DNA of 64,000 nt from the human T2T-CHM13v2.0 reference genome, Homo sapiens, in the NCBI RefSeq assembly GCF_009914755.1, contig NC_060931.1; one strand, 5' to 3'. A program made the position numbers and the translations under genes. Shown piece after piece: positions 34,501 through 52,899 of this stretch. Below the pieces are notes generated by a model that saw only the letters and a list, made by a program, of their open reading frames with translations, did not search any database and was not told the DNA's origin. Position 1 is the stretch's first letter; each line of letters starts with the position of its first letter.

Positions 34501-36300
34501 TGATTTTTTTAAGGGTTTTTCGTGTTTCTATCTCCTTCAGCTCTGGTCTGATCTTAGTTATTTCTTGTCTTGTGCCAGCTTTTGAATTTGTTTGCTCTTG
34601 TTTCTCTAGTTCTTTTAATTGTGATGTTAGCGTGTTGACTTTAGATCTTTCCCACTTTCCGATGTGTGCATTTAGTGCTATAAATTTCCCTCTGAACGCT
34701 GCTTTAGCTATGTCCCAGAGATTATGGTACATTGTGTCTTTGTTCTCATTGGTTTCAGAGAACTTTGTTATTTCTGCCTTAATTTCGTTATTTACCCAGT
34801 AGTCATTCAGGAGCAGGTTGTTCAATTTCCATGAACTTGTGCAGTTGGGTGAGTTTCTTAATCCGGAGTTCTAATTAGATTTCAGTGTGGTCCAAGAGAC
34901 TGTTTGTTATGATTTCCATTCTTTTGCATTTGCTGAGGAGTGTTTTAGTTCTAATTAGGTGGTCAATTTTAGAATAAGTGCTATGTGGTGCTGAGAAGAA
35001 TGTATATTCTGTAGATTTGGGGTGGGGAGTTCTTTAGATGTCTATTAAGTCCTCTTTGTCCAGAGCTGAGTTTAAGTCTTGGATATTCTTATTAATTTTC
35101 TGTCTTGTTGATTTGTTTAATATTGACAGTGGGGTGTTAAAGTCTCCCACTATTATTGTGTGGGAGTCTTAAGTGTCTTTGTAGGTGTCTAAGAACTTGT
35201 TTTATGAATCTGGGTGCTCCTGTATTGGGTGCATATACATTTAGGATAATTAGCTCTTCTTGTTGCATTGACCCCTTTACCATTACGTAATGCCCTTCTT
35301 TGTCTTTTTTGATCTTTGTTGGTTTAAAGTCTGTTTTATCAAAGACTAGGATTGCAACCCCTGCTTTTTTTTTGCTTTTCGTTTGCTTGGTAAATCTTTC
35401 TCCATCCCTTTACTTTGAGCCTATGTGTGTCTTTGCACATAAGAATACAGCACACTGATAGGTCTTGACTCGTCATTCAATTTTCCACTCTGTGTCTTTT
35501 AATTGGGGCATTTGGCCCATTTACATTTAAGGTTAATATTGTTATGTGTGAGTTTGATCCTATCATCATGATACTAGCTGGTTATTTTGCACATTAGTTG
35601 ATGCAGTCTCTTCATAGTGTCACTGGTCTTTATATTTTGGTGTGTTTTTGCAGTGCTCATACCAGTTTCTCCTTTCCATATTTAGTGCATCCTTAAATAG
35701 CTCTTGTAAGTCAGACCTGGTGGGAACAAAATCCCTCAACATTTGCTTCTCTGTAAAGGATTTTATTTCTCCTTCACTTATGAAGGTTAGTTTGGCTGGA
35801 TATGAAATTCTGGGTTGAAAATTCTTTTATTTCAGAATGTTGAATATTGGTCCCCACTCTGTTCTGGCTTGTAGGGTTTCTGCAGAGATCCACTTTTAGT
35901 CCAATGGGCTTCCCTTTGTAGGTAATCTGACCTTCCTCTCTGGCTGCCCTTAACATTTTTTCCTTCATTTTAACCTTGGAGAATCTGATGACTATGTGTC
36001 TTGGGGTTGCTCTTGTCAAGGAGTGTCTTAGTGGTGTTCTTTCTATTTTTTGAATTTGAACGTTGGCCTGTCTTGCTAGGTTGGGGATGTTCTGGATAAT
36101 ATCCTGAAGCGTGTTTTCAACTTGGTTGCATTCTCCCTGTTACTTTCAGGGACCCCAGTCAATCCTATATTTGGTCTTTTCAGATAGTCCCATATTTCTT
36201 GGAGGCTTTGTTTCTTTTCAAATCTTGTCTTCACACCTCACTTCAGTAAGTTGATCTTCCATGTCTAATATCCTTTCCTCTGCTTGATTGATTCAGCTAA
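31538..36300 (-). mobile_element. 5'-truncated L1PA (about L1PA7) covering ORF2 and part of ORF1
   Basis: Minus-strand ORFs 31678-32367, 33585-34073, 34451-34825 and 35774-36019 match L1 ORF2/ORF1; disrupted. Confidence 0.93.
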
Positions 36301-37568
36301 TCAATCCCTTTTTAATTGAGTGTTTTTATATGAACAGTGCCTTATCAGCATCTGTGAAGATGATCAGATGATTTTGCTCCTTACTTTTATTAATATGATT
36401 AATTATATTGTTAGATCCCCTAATATTAATTCATATTTCCATTACCAGAATGATCTTACTTCATCATGGTATATGAGTTTTTAATACATTGTTGAATTTT
36501 ATTTCAAATATTTTTTAATTTTTTCATTGATACTTATAAGTTAAATTAACTACATTTTATTTAATGTGCATTGTTTATCTGGTTTGCATATCAAAGCTGT
36601 GACCACTAGTGAAGGCAATAAGCTGTATCTCGAAAATCAGAAGTAACATATACGCACTTGGGGGAATAGCTATACATTCAAGCACACAGCTATATTTTAT
36701 CAGTCACACCTCAAATAGATAGAAACCTGTAATGAAAAAAAAAACATAGGTTTTAATTTCATACATGCCTCTTCTACCTGTAGGGTCTCAGCCAGTACTT
36801 CAAGTTGTCTTGAAGGCTTACAAGATCTTTGATTTACTGGCAAGGGATCTCAAGTAACATTGCATCAGACCAAAGAACTATCAAAAACTGTAAAGGTCCT
36901 CAGATTTTACCCTGTATGCAAGCTAACAAGTTAGTCTGCTGACAGTTTCCTGGGTACTAGCAGAAGACATGAGACTTCTGGGTCAGAGCCAAAGATAATT
37001 TATTACCCACAGAAATATCAGTGATCATGTATGCCAAGGTGGGTTTATATAGGAGTAGACTTCCCCAATAACCTCAAAATTCATCAGAAGGTCTGATGAA
37101 GGTCTGAGTTATTCATGCCCACTCAAGCACATTCATGTAAGTTAATAAATATCTGCGATGTAGATGGATTCTACTTAAATGTGGTGCTTCATTCATAGAA
37201 AAACACTCAACTTAAATATGGTGCCATCATCCATACAAAAACACTCAATTTGAAAAGTGCACAAACTAACATCATTTTATTGTGGCCCTACTAAAGTATA
37301 GTCAAACTGAAGTCTTTATCCCTGATTCTTCCTTTGATACTTTATGATCCAGTAGCAGTGGTCTGGTTCACTCTCCAGATATATACAGTAGACTTGTTCA
37401 GTTGTTTCTGGCAAGCATTGGCCCTGAAAGTTACTGTGCAGTTCCTTGAGAATCTTCTGGGTCTAGTCACAATCTGTAAACCATGGTAAGAGTCCTGCAG
37501 AGCCCTGGATGTTCCCCTAGAGACACTATCAGACTCCCATCATATCTCTGTTCCCCACAATGGCTTGC

Positions 37569-38275
<707 letters not shown>

Positions 38276-38329
38276 CTGACCTTGGCATGAAGCCGTTTCA
38301 TGTGCAGTGATTACCAAGTTGTCTGAGTC

Positions 38330-40500
<2,171 letters not shown>

Positions 40501-40599
40501 GTGCAGGACCTTGAGTATTTATGTTTTTTTTCTCCTAACACTCATAGTGTATGTGTCTTACCAAGGCCTGTAAGGTACTTGCTACTTCTTCTCCTCCAG

Positions 40600-42400
40600 C
40601 CCATTCCTATGATGTCTATTAGCATACCAATTATGCTTATTTTTAAACAAATGTTTTTACTTGTTGCCCTAGAGTCTGCAATATACCTGTTCAAATTACC
40701 TAAGCCTACTTTCAAATAACATTATATCACTTCACGGGTACTGCAGGTATCTTATAACAGGAATATTCCTAATTCCTCTCTCCTATTTATTGTCACAGTT
40801 CTGTCACTCATTTCATTAATCTGCATGCTATGATTGCACAACGCTTAGTTACTATTAATATTTTGAATGCACCATTATCTATTAGATCAACTATGAACAA
40901 GAAAAAAAATGTTTGTTGTACTTTTACTGATTCCCACTCCAACACTTTTTATTTCTTAATGGAGATCTAAGCTTCTGACCCATATCAGTTTTCTTCTCTC
41001 TGAAGAACTTCTTGTAATTTTTTTTCAGGGCCCATTGGCTGGTGAAGTATTTCCTTCAGTTTTTGTTTGTTTTGAGAAATTCTTTATTTCTCCTTTACTC
41101 TTGAAGGGTAATTTCACTGGATGTAAAATTCTACGTTGGTGGTGGTTTTTTTTTTTAACACTTTAAATATTTCCCTCCACTGTCTTCTTGTTGGCACAGT
41201 TTCTGATAAGCAATCCACTGTCATTCTTCTCCTTCCTCCATAGCTAAGGCATTTTATTTCCTCTGGCTTCTTTCAAGATTTTCTCTTTGTCTTTGCTTTT
41301 GTACAGTTTGAATATTATATACCTATGTGTATATTTTTTGGTATTTATCCTGCTTGGTGCTCTCTGAGCTTCCTAAATCTGTGGTTTGGTGCCTGTCATT
41401 AATTTTATAAAGTTCTTAGCATTATTGCTTTAAATATTTGTTTCTCCTCCTCCTCCTCCTCCTCCTCCTCCTCCTCCTTTTGGTATTTCAATTATGCATG
41501 TTATGTCTTTTGAAACTATCACACAGTTCTTAGATATTCTGGTCTGTCTTTTTCTTTCATTTTTTGGGTTATATTTCAGTTTGGTAAGTTTCTATTGACA
41601 TATGTCATGCTCACTGATTCTTTCCCTGGCTGAGTCCAGGTTATTGATGGCATTCTTCAAAGGCATTCTTTATTTCTTTAACGGTGTTTTTGGTTTTTCA
41701 TCCTTGCGATAGTTTGCTGAGAATGATGGTTTCCAAATACCGCATGTTCTCACTCATAGGTGGGAATTGAACAATGAGAATGCATGGGCACAGGAAGGGG
41801 ACCATCACACACTGGGGCCTGTTTTGGGTTGGGGAGAGTGGGGAGGGATAGCATTAGGAGATATACCTAATGTTAAATGACGAGTTAATGGGTGCAGCAC
41901 ACCAACATGGCACATGTGTATATATGTAACAAACCTGCACGTTGTGCACATGTACCCTGAAACTTAAAGTACAATAAAAAAAAAACAGTGTTTTTGATTG
42001 CTAACACTTCCTTTTGAATCTTTCTTAAAGTTCCCATCTCTCTGCTGACATTACCCATCTTTTCTTGAATGTTGTGTACCTTTTTAATGACAACCTTTAA
42101 CATGTTAATGAAATTATTTTAAATTCTGCATCTGACAATTCAAAAACCTGTGTCATATCTGAGTCTGGTTCTGTTGCTTGCTTTGTCTCTTCAGCCTGTA
42201 TTTTTCTTTCCTTTTAGTGTGCCCTGTAATCCTTGTTGAAAGCCTGATGCGATACATTGGGTAATGGGAACTGAGGGAAATAGGCCTTCACTATGAGACT
42301 TTATGTTAAGTGGCTACAGATTGCATTGTGTTTGATGTTTGCTGTAACTGTAGTCAGAGGTTTCAGTTTCCTCCAGTATCCTTGTTTAATTTCCTCTGAT
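40600..42400 (-). mobile_element. Old L1M ORF1/5' region
   Basis: Typical antisense L1M ORF1 text (TTCTTTATTTCTCCTTTACTCTTGAAGG, GCTTCTTTCAAGATTTTCTCTTTGTCTTTG). Confidence 0.65.
41690..41985 (+). mobile_element. Short twin-primed L1PA 3' end
   Basis: A ~45-bp inverted segment followed by a sense 3'UTR and polyA; TSD AAC(G/A)GTGTTTTT. Confidence 0.85.
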
Positions 42401-42436
42401 GTCTTCAGGTGTCCCTAATGACTCCTTGAGTACCGT

Positions 42437-42590
42437 ACCAATGCTTGCTGACTTATGATGCAGTTACATCCCAATAAACCCATCATAAGTCAAAAATATC
42501 ATATGTGGAAAATACATTCAGTACCCTGATAAGCCTATCATGAAGTCAAAAAATTACAAATCAAATTATTATAAAGTAAGGACCACGTGT
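42437..42590. mobile_element. Short MER47-like MITE
   Basis: GACTTATGATG...CCCAATAAACCCATCATAAGTCAAAAA, similar to the 20066-20368 termini. Confidence 0.6.
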
Positions 42591-42744
42591 ATGTGTCTTG
42601 TAGTTCTTTCAGCTGCAATCCACTAAGCCACGATGTGGTGGTAAGAAGCGAGGCAAGGAAAGCATTCTATACATTTAGTATTAAATCTGCCTCACTCTTT
42701 CACTGGGTCTGTGTTCCTGGGCTGTGGCCTTCACAGGTTTTCTC

Positions 42745-42870
42745 TTCCCTTTCCTCTCTTTTTCTCCTTCCCCTCCTCCCTCCCCTCCCCTCCTCTCCCC
42801 TCCTCTCCCCTCCTCTCCCCTCCTCTCCCCTCCCCTCCCCTCCCCTCTCCTCTCCTCTCCTTTCCCTTCT
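42745..42870. repeat. (CTCCC/CTCCT)n polypyrimidine tract
   Basis: Visible directly in the sequence. Confidence 0.9.
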
Positions 42871-43795
42871 GCAGCTCCCTACCCGCTTAGGTGATCCAGG
42901 CCAAGTCTGCTCCCCAGCTACCTCTTCTGCCTCATTTTCTTACAATCTTTCTTCTTCTCTGTGCTCTGGCCTTGCTGCATTTCTCTTAGTTACTTGAGGG
43001 TTTTATCCCATCTCTTGTGTCCATAAGTACTCTGAGGAGCTGGAACCAAGATGTTTCTCAGAAAGTGTGTCATCTAATAAAAATATCTTGGTAAATATTT
43101 TATGTGAAGGTGGAGTCCTGAGAACGTGGGTCAGCAAAGGGTAAAACAACCAAATAATTATATGAACTGCTCTTAATTAGCAAGGAGTTGGCTCACTTAT
43201 AAATATTTATTAACATGGTACATAAATATCAGCAAACAGTTCTTTCAAAGAACAACCTTGCATTAGCAAGTAGGAATGCAAAGATAGGTTAATATTAGGA
43301 TATTCATAAATAATTTCACGTGGTAATATATTCAAAAAGAAAACTAATTTGATCTTCTACTTATATTCTGAGAAGGCAGTTGATAAAGTTCAACCAGTAT
43401 TTGATTTTTAAAGATAATTCCTTATAATACAAAATAGATAGCTGTGTCTACCTCAACATCAAATCCAGCATCATGCTTAGTCGGGAATTTGACAACCCTT
43501 CAACCTAACGTCAGGTAAAAGGAAAACATATCATTGTTCCTTATTACCCCTACAGTTTTCTAGAGCAAGTGAATGCTACAACGATAAAACAGAAAGTAAT
43601 TGCATACATAAAAATTGTAAAGCTAGATATAAAATTATTTGCAGAAAATATGATTTCATATCTGTGAAAATCAAGAGAATAAACTGATGAACTACTTAAA
43701 AATAGGAGAATTTGGTAAGTTGGTAGGTGCAAACTAAATACAAACTATAGTAATTTACTAAGTTACAAATAAAAACTGATTAGGTATAACACATG

Positions 43796-44177
43796 TGATA
43801 TGGTTTGGCTCTGTGTCTCCACTGAAATCTCATGTTGAATTGTAATCCCCAGTGTTGGAGGAGGGGTCTGGTGGGAGGTGACTGAATCATGGGGGAAGAC
43901 TTCCACCTTGCTGTTCTCGTGATAGAGTTCTCATGAGATCTGGTTGTTTGAAAGTGTGTAGCACCTCTCCTTTCACTCTCTCTCTCTTCTGCTGGCCATG
44001 TGAATATGTGCCTGCTTCCCCTTCACTTTCCACCATGATTGTAAGTTTCCTGAGGCCCCCCCTCAGAAGCAGAAGCCAGTATAGCCCACAGAACCATGAG
44101 CCAATTAAACCTCTTTTCTTTATAAATTATCCAGTTTCAGATATTTCTTTATAGCAGTGCAAGAATGGACTAATACA
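43796..44177. mobile_element. MSTA-like solo LTR within an old sense L1M fragment
   Basis: TGATATGGTTTGGCTCTGTGTC...GGACTAATACA. Confidence 0.85.
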
Positions 44178-44227
44178 TCACATTTTTAAAAATAACAAAA
44201 AGATAAAATACCTAGGACAAACTTCTA

Positions 44228-44556
<329 letters not shown>

Positions 44557-44644
44557 TAGGAAACTTCTGAGGATATGCAGCAAAAAGAACTCTCATAGAA
44601 GGCTTGATGAAAATGTGCATTGGTAAAACCACTTTGGAAAATTA

Positions 44645-44937
<293 letters not shown>

Positions 44938-45704
44938 TTATCTGGTAGTATCTATGAAAGCTGAAGGTTACACATAGCCAATATTCAGCCATTCTACTCT
45001 TGGGTGCATACCCAAGAGAAATAGGTGTTCAACAAAAGATAATGCCTATAATATTTATAGCAGTGTACTCATAAAAAAACTGAAAGCAATGCAAATGTCC
45101 ATCTACAATAGACACCAAATGAATTGGGCTATATTCACCCAATAAAATCAAATACAGTTATGAGAAGGCATAATCTATACCTACATATTATAATATGGAT
45201 ACATATAAAAGCTTACAGCAAACAAATATGACAATTCCCTAAGCTATAAACTTATATGAGCCTTTTGTTCCACATGTGTTATCATAAAAAAGTCAGTAAA
45301 TTATTTCTACATTACCTGTAAATTTAATTCAATGTCAGTTTTTTACAAGCCTCTGAAAATGTTCTCTTCTAAACTGGAGCGAAAACTTGGTTCTGAGGCA
45401 CAGGTGGAAATTACCTGTAAGTGTGCCAGGACTCCAAAAACAAAAATAACCTCATAGGCCACAGTCACAAGAGCAAGCACCCATGCTCTGCAATCCATTA
45501 CCACAGCCCAGGAAGTGATAAACTACTCTAACAATAAGAGAATTTAGTAAGTTGATGGGTGCAACTAAATACAAACTATAATAATTTACTAATATACAAA
45601 TAATAACTGATTAGGTATAACTCATGTGATATAGTTTGGCTCTGTGTACCCACCCAAATCTCTCGCACACTCACCCTTCAACTTCCCCTCATTCAGTGAG
45701 GATT

Positions 45705-46180
45705 AGACTGTGCTTTCTGGATGTTGCTGTCACAGTTCAGCAGATGCTGAGATAAAGTTGTGCAGGCATGAAATTCATTTAGGAGTATTTTTGGGAAGAG
45801 CCTGTGGGCGAGTGAAGGAAGCAGAGGAAGTCAGGCTGTGATGACAACAAAGGCCTAGTGAGTCAACCCCTCCAGGAGCCGAGACTAAGATGGCCCTGCA
45901 CAGCTACCCAAAATTGGGGCCAGAGGCCAGGCCTCTATACCTCTACACTGACAAGTCATCAGGTGTGAGTGGCCCTGGGAATGGGAGATGACCTTGGAGG
46001 AAGTGACTTTTTAGCTGAGACCAATCATGAGGTGGTGTCTTAGGGGTGGGGGCAGGGCTCAGCCAGCAGCTGTCAGCTCTCAACACTCCTGTCAAGTCAG
46101 CAGGGAGACTCGGGACTTCAGTCCTGAAATGGAGGGGAAGGAAGTGGATCTCAGTGGCTGACCATAGAGAATACAACATT
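45705..46180. mobile_element. ERVL LTR (LTR33-like)
   Basis: AGCAGATGCTGAGAT...ACAACAAAGGCC...CCCAAAATTGGGGCCAGAGGCCAGGCCTCTATACC. Confidence 0.55.
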
Positions 46181-47378
46181 GAGCAAAATTTGGGCTATTT
46201 CACTAGGTCTTCAGAGTCACACTACCATCCAAAGCAATGGCTGTGACTGGGTTTCTCGGGAGTCCAGCAGGTGCATGGAGAAAAACACTTCCCTCAGGCA
46301 AAACTGAAGCACCTACCAAATTGTGAAATACTACATTCTTTTTCTGTTTAAATGTGAAATATTTCTTCATTGGCTCCACTCCTTTGGAGCTTCCATGGTC
46401 AGAAGTTGAGCGGGGTCAGAGGTTTCGCTGGAAGTAAAAATGGTAGTTCACACTTCCCTGGAGAGACTTGTGAGCTCATCCATTCTGCAAAAGCAGGTGA
46501 GGCTGGCTGGGAAGGAGAGCAGGGAGCTGTGTGTGAGTGGGGGTCATGGGGGGCAGCCTGCATGTGAGTGTAGAGGCTGTGGGAGGGGAAGCTGAGAGTT
46601 CAAGCAGAATGTCACTCCAGCTCATATTGCACAGGACAGGCCTTTGCTTAACAGGCACTTTCTATCTGGTGTCTGTTGTGATGCTGTTGTCTGAAAACTG
46701 TCATTTACCTTTAACAGGATATTAGTGTCCCCAGGACAGGTCTTCAGAACTTGCAGGCAATTTAGAGACACCAAATCTAAACCTACTCTAATTGCTTTAA
46801 TTACTGAAAAAGAATCAAAGCCCAGTGAATTGGGGACATCCCAAGTGTCCTCTAGGTTGACAAGAAAAGACTAGAACTTGGTCTACTAACTCCATGTCTA
46901 GATATATTCCAACACCTCCCAAGAAGGAGGCTGTGCTCCTAATAGTATAAGAGATGGGGTGGAGGATAGGGAGCTTAGGGAGAAGATTAGCTGCTCTAAA
47001 AAACGACTATAATTTGTAATTCCAGCTGAACCCCTAAGTTGCAGTGTGGTTCTAGGTAAGACACAGAACAATTTTTTAGTCCGTGCTTCTCTTATATATC
47101 CCGTGGCATCTTGAGTGGCTGCTGTGCTCTAGGCAATGTGTAAGACTTTTAGAAATTATTCCATGAAAACCACATGACAACCCTGCACAACTGGTTTTAT
47201 TGACCCTTTTCATAGCAGAGGGAACTAAGTCTCAAGAAGCTTATGGAATCTTCCAGAAATGGTGGGTCTGGCTACAGTTAGGTCAGCTCATGTCTGAAGC
47301 ACACGCTTGTTTCACTTCTCAGCCCTCCTCTTAGCTGGAGGTCATCTGGGTCTTCCAAGAACCACTTAGGGAAGTTTT

Positions 47379-47754
47379 TTTTTTTTTTTTAATGTGACCT
47401 TTTTCCATAAGTTATTGGGGTGCAGGTGGTATTTGGTTACATGAGTAAGTTCTTTTGTGGTGATTTGTGAGATTTTGGTACACCCATCACCTGAGTAGTA
47501 TATACTGCACCATATTTGTAGTGTTTTATCCCTCGCCCCCTCCCACATTTCCCCCCAAGTCCCCAAAGTCTATTGTATCATTCTTATGCCTTTGTGTCCT
47601 CATAGCTTAGCTCCCACATATCAGGGAGAACATATGATATTTGGTTTTCCATTCCTGAATTACTTGGCTTAGAATAATAGTCTCGAATCTCATCCAGGTT
47701 ACTGAAAATGGTGTTAATTCATTCTTTTTATGGCTGCATAGTATTCCATCATAC

Positions 47755-47794
<40 letters not shown>

Positions 47795-50266
47795 TACAGT
47801 TTATCCACTCTTTGATTAATGGGCATTTGGATTGGTTCCATGATTTTGCTACTGTGAATTGGGCTATTATAAACATGCATGTGCAAGTATCTTTTTTGAA
47901 TAATGACTTCTTTTCCTCTGGGTAGATATCCAGTAGTGAGATTCCTGGATCAAATGGTAGTTCTACTTTTATTTCTTTAAGGAATCTCAACACTGTTTTC
48001 CATGGTGGCTGTATTAGTTTACATTCCCACCAGCAGTGTAGAAGTGTTCCCTGTTCACTGCGTCCACGCCAACATCTACTGTTTTTTGATTGTTGGATTA
48101 TGGCCATTCTTGCAGGAGTAAGGTGGTATTGCATAGTGGTTTTGATTTGCATTTCCCTGATCATTAGTGATGTTGAGCATTTTTTCATATGTTTGTTGGC
48201 CATTTGTATATCTTCTTTTGAGAATTGTCTGTTCATGTCCTTAGCGCACTTTTAGATGGGATTTTTTTTTCTTACTGATTTGTTTGAGTTTGTTGTAGAT
48301 TCTTAATATTAGTCCTTTGACAGTTGTGTAGATTTTCTCCCACTCTGTGGGTTGTCTATTTACTCTGCTTACTGTTCCTTTTGCCATGCAAAAGCTCTTT
48401 AGTTTAATTAGCTCCCAGTTATTTATCTTTGTTTTTATTGCATTTGCTTTTGGTCATGAAATCCTTGCCTAAACCAATGTCTAAAAGGGCTTTTCCAATG
48501 TTATCTTCTAGAATTTTTGTAGTTTCAGGTCTTAGGCTTAAGTTCTTACTCCATCTTGAGTTGATTTTTCTATAAGGTGAGAGATGAGGATCCAGTTTCA
48601 TTCTCCTACACGTGGCTGCCAATTACCCCAGCAACATTTGTTGAAAAAGGTGTCCTTTCCCCCACTTTATGTTTTTGTTTGCTTTGTCAAAGATCAGTTG
48701 GCTATAAGTATTTGGGTTTATTTCTGGATTCTCTATTCTGTTCCATTGGTCTATGTGCCTATAAAACAGTATCACACTGTTTTATGGTTCGAAATTAGGT
48801 AGCGTGATGCATTCAGATTTGTTCTTTTTGCTTAGTCATGCTTTGGCTATGTGGGCTCCTTTTTGGTTCCTTATGAAGTTTAGAATTGTTTTTTCTAATC
48901 TTGTGAAGAATGATGGTGGTATTTTGATGGGGATTGCACTGACTTTGTAGATGGCTTTTGGCAGTATGGTCATTTTCACAATATTGATTCTACCCATCCA
49001 TGAGCATGGGATGTGTTTCCATTAGTGTCACCTATGATTTCTTTAAGACGTGTTTTGTAGTTTTCCTTGTAGAGGTGTTTCAGCTCCTTGGTTAGGTATA
49101 TTCCTAAGTATTTTATTTTATTTTATTTTATTTATTTTTTGCAGCTATTGTAAAAAATATTGAGTTCTTGATTTGATTCTCTGCTTGGTTGCTGTTGGTG
49201 TATAGAAGAGCTACTGATTTATGTACATTAATTTTATATCCAGAACTTTGTTGAATTCTTTTATCAGTTCTAGGAGATTTCTGGAGGAGTCCTTAGGGTA
49301 TTCAAGGTAAACAATCATATCATCAGCAAATAGTGTCAATTTGACTTTCTCTTTACTGATTGGATGCCCTTTATTTCTTTCTCTTGTCTGATTGCTCTGG
49401 CTAGGACTTCTAGTACTATGTTGAAGAGGAGCAGTGAGAGTGGGCATCCTTGTCTGGTTCTAGTTCTCAGGGAGAATGCTTTCAGCTTTTCCCTATTCAG
49501 TATTATGTTGGCTATGGGTTTGTCATAGATGGCTTTTATTACATTAAGGTTTGGTCCTTTTATGCTGATTTTGCTGAGAGTTTTCCTCATAAAAGGATGC
49601 TGGATTTTGTCAAATGCTTTCTCCACATCTATTGAGATGATCATGTGATTTTTGTTTTTAATTCTGTTTATGTGGTATAACACATTTATTGACTTGCATA
49701 TGTTAAACCATCCCTGTACCCCTGGTATGAAACCTACTCAATCATATTTTTTGGTATGTTGGATTCAGTTAGCTAGTATTTTGTTAAGGATTTTAGCATC
49801 AATGTTCATCAAGGATATCAGTCTGTAGTTTTCTTTTTTGATTATGTCCTTTCCTGGTTTTGGTATTACTGTGATGCTGGCTTCATAAAATGAATTAGGG
49901 AGGGTTCCTTCTTCCTCTATCTTGTAGAACAGCATCAAAAGGATTGGTACCAATTCTTCTTTGAATGTGTGGTAGAATTCTACTGTGAATCTATCTGGTC
50001 CTGGACTTTTTTTTTTGTTGTGTGTTTGGGAGAGGAGGGTCTCCCTTTCCCACTTCTGCAGTTGGGGCACTCACAGTATTTGGGGTATCTCCCAGGTCCT
50101 GCAGGAGCAGTCTGCTTCCTTTGGAGGGTCCTCTCAGGGTTGCTGGTTTGTTCTTGCAGTTGATCTGCAGCTAAAATTCACAATGTGAGCTTCCACAAGC
50201 TGCTCTGTCCAGAACTGCAATCTGGTCCTGCCTGCCATCTGCTATGATGATCTAATTGTCTCCCAT
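47379..50266 (-). mobile_element. L1PB-like element with a large internal deletion (5'UTR joined directly to mid-ORF2)
   Basis: 3' tail at 47379, ORF2 to ~50020, L1 5'UTR-like 50020-50266. 13-bp TSD TTAGG(G/A)AAGTTTT at 47366 and 50267. Confidence 0.85.
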
Positions 50267-50294
50267 TTAGGAAAGTTTTAAAATGATTTTTCTA

Positions 50295-50608
<314 letters not shown>

Positions 50609-51945
50609 TCATCTTTGGCTTTTCAGTATGGGATAGAGGGAAAAGTCCACAGAGAAGTGCGGAGCCCTCCCCATGGACTCTCCAATCCAAGGCTTGCTCC
50701 CAGCTCACCTTCTGAGCAAAGTGTGGATCATTTCCTTTGCCCTCCCCTGACCTATGTATCACATGATGTCAATGAAAATGTACAATCATGGCTTGAGAGT
50801 AACCAAGGACAGGCTGTAGAGTGCATGGTTAAGAGTGAGTGTGGTAGAGTCACACTTCAACTCAAATATTTTTATCATTCTAAAATCAAATCTTCATAAC
50901 AGTCAATTCAAAGAAGTCCAGCTTCTGCTCTCATTTCTATTCCCTCCCTCTGTACACAGGTAACTTTTTCCTTCCTTGTTACTCTTTCTTGCTTTCTTCT
51001 TTTATTTCTTCCTTTCTTCTACCTCTCTTTTTCTCTTTTTCTTCTTTCCCTTCCTTCTTTCTTTCCTTGCTTGTTTTCAAAGTATATCTTTCTATTGTCA
51101 TCCTTATATTTATGTATCTATATGAAAATATATAACATATAAATATAATAAATATATATGCAAAAGTGTATCTTGTGCCCCTTACTAAACAAATGATAGT
51201 ATCCCTTACATTATTTTATTCAACTCATAATTGAATAAAATACTTAGCAATATATCCTGGAGATGATTTTACAACTCTCTATAGAGATAGTCTTCACTAC
51301 TTTTTACAATGAAGAAGTACTTCATTGCATAGATGTATCTAAGTTCATCCCGCCAGTCTCTTATTCATGGTAATTTGGATCAGTTTTTGTCTTTGCTTTT
51401 TTAAATAGTACTCTTCCAAGGAGACTTTTGCATAGTTCTTTCTATACTTTTGCCAGTGTATTTTTGGGCACATTCTTAAATTTGATAATGTGTGTCAAAG
51501 GGTAAATCCTTCTTTATTTACCCCCATAGGGCTGAACTCTTTTGCTTTCCCTTCAGCAGTGTCTGAGAGTTTCTGTCTTCCCTATACTTTTGTCAAGAAA
51601 GTAGGCTGTCAAACTTTAGGAGTTTTGCCAAATCTATACATGAGAAACATTCTCTGGAATCTACCCCTTTTCCAAGGACTTTTGGTTCTGGTTATTGGGT
51701 AATAAACAAAGATTTGGGCACTTGATGTGCTCATTGCTAGAAGGTGTCACTTTTTCTAAGCTCGCCTTAGCAGACAGAGCTGGGAAAGCCATGCGTGCAA
51801 ATTTACATATGCAAATCCACATACTTATGTTGATTTCTGCATCTCTCTATCTACATGCTTTTAAAAAGCAGTAAGTTCTATTCTTATTTGTAACTTGTTT
51901 GTGCAACATTATTTGCAATATACATACTACTTTGTTCAATCCTAT

Positions 51946-52557
<612 letters not shown>

Positions 52558-52899
52558 TTTCCTGCTGAGAGACATGATCCCCTTGAATCTTTATGGGAGG
52601 CAGAGGCACTGAAGATCAGCTTTCTGTAGCTGCTTCCTGCTGGTCACGGGCATTGTCCCCTGCCTATTGAGAATCCTGGCTCTTTGTCCCTAGGTAGTTA
52701 GGTCGGTGTCCGTGGGCTGCAATGAAACTTGTACTTGGTCATAAAAGGTGCAGCTAGCTTGATCCAGTTGTGACAGTTGAGTATCTTTGGCTCGATTTTG
52801 GATTTTGTTCCAAAACTGACTGAAACCCTTGCACAAGCATCTGTAAGTGAGGGAGCAAAAATCAATTAACATTTTACACCAGGGAAAATTGGTAGGTAT

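Noticed and set aside
49990-50050. Spliced L1 retrocopy
   Set aside because: From my recollection of the consensus, the junction is not at GT-AG; it sits in a CA/A-rich microhomology.
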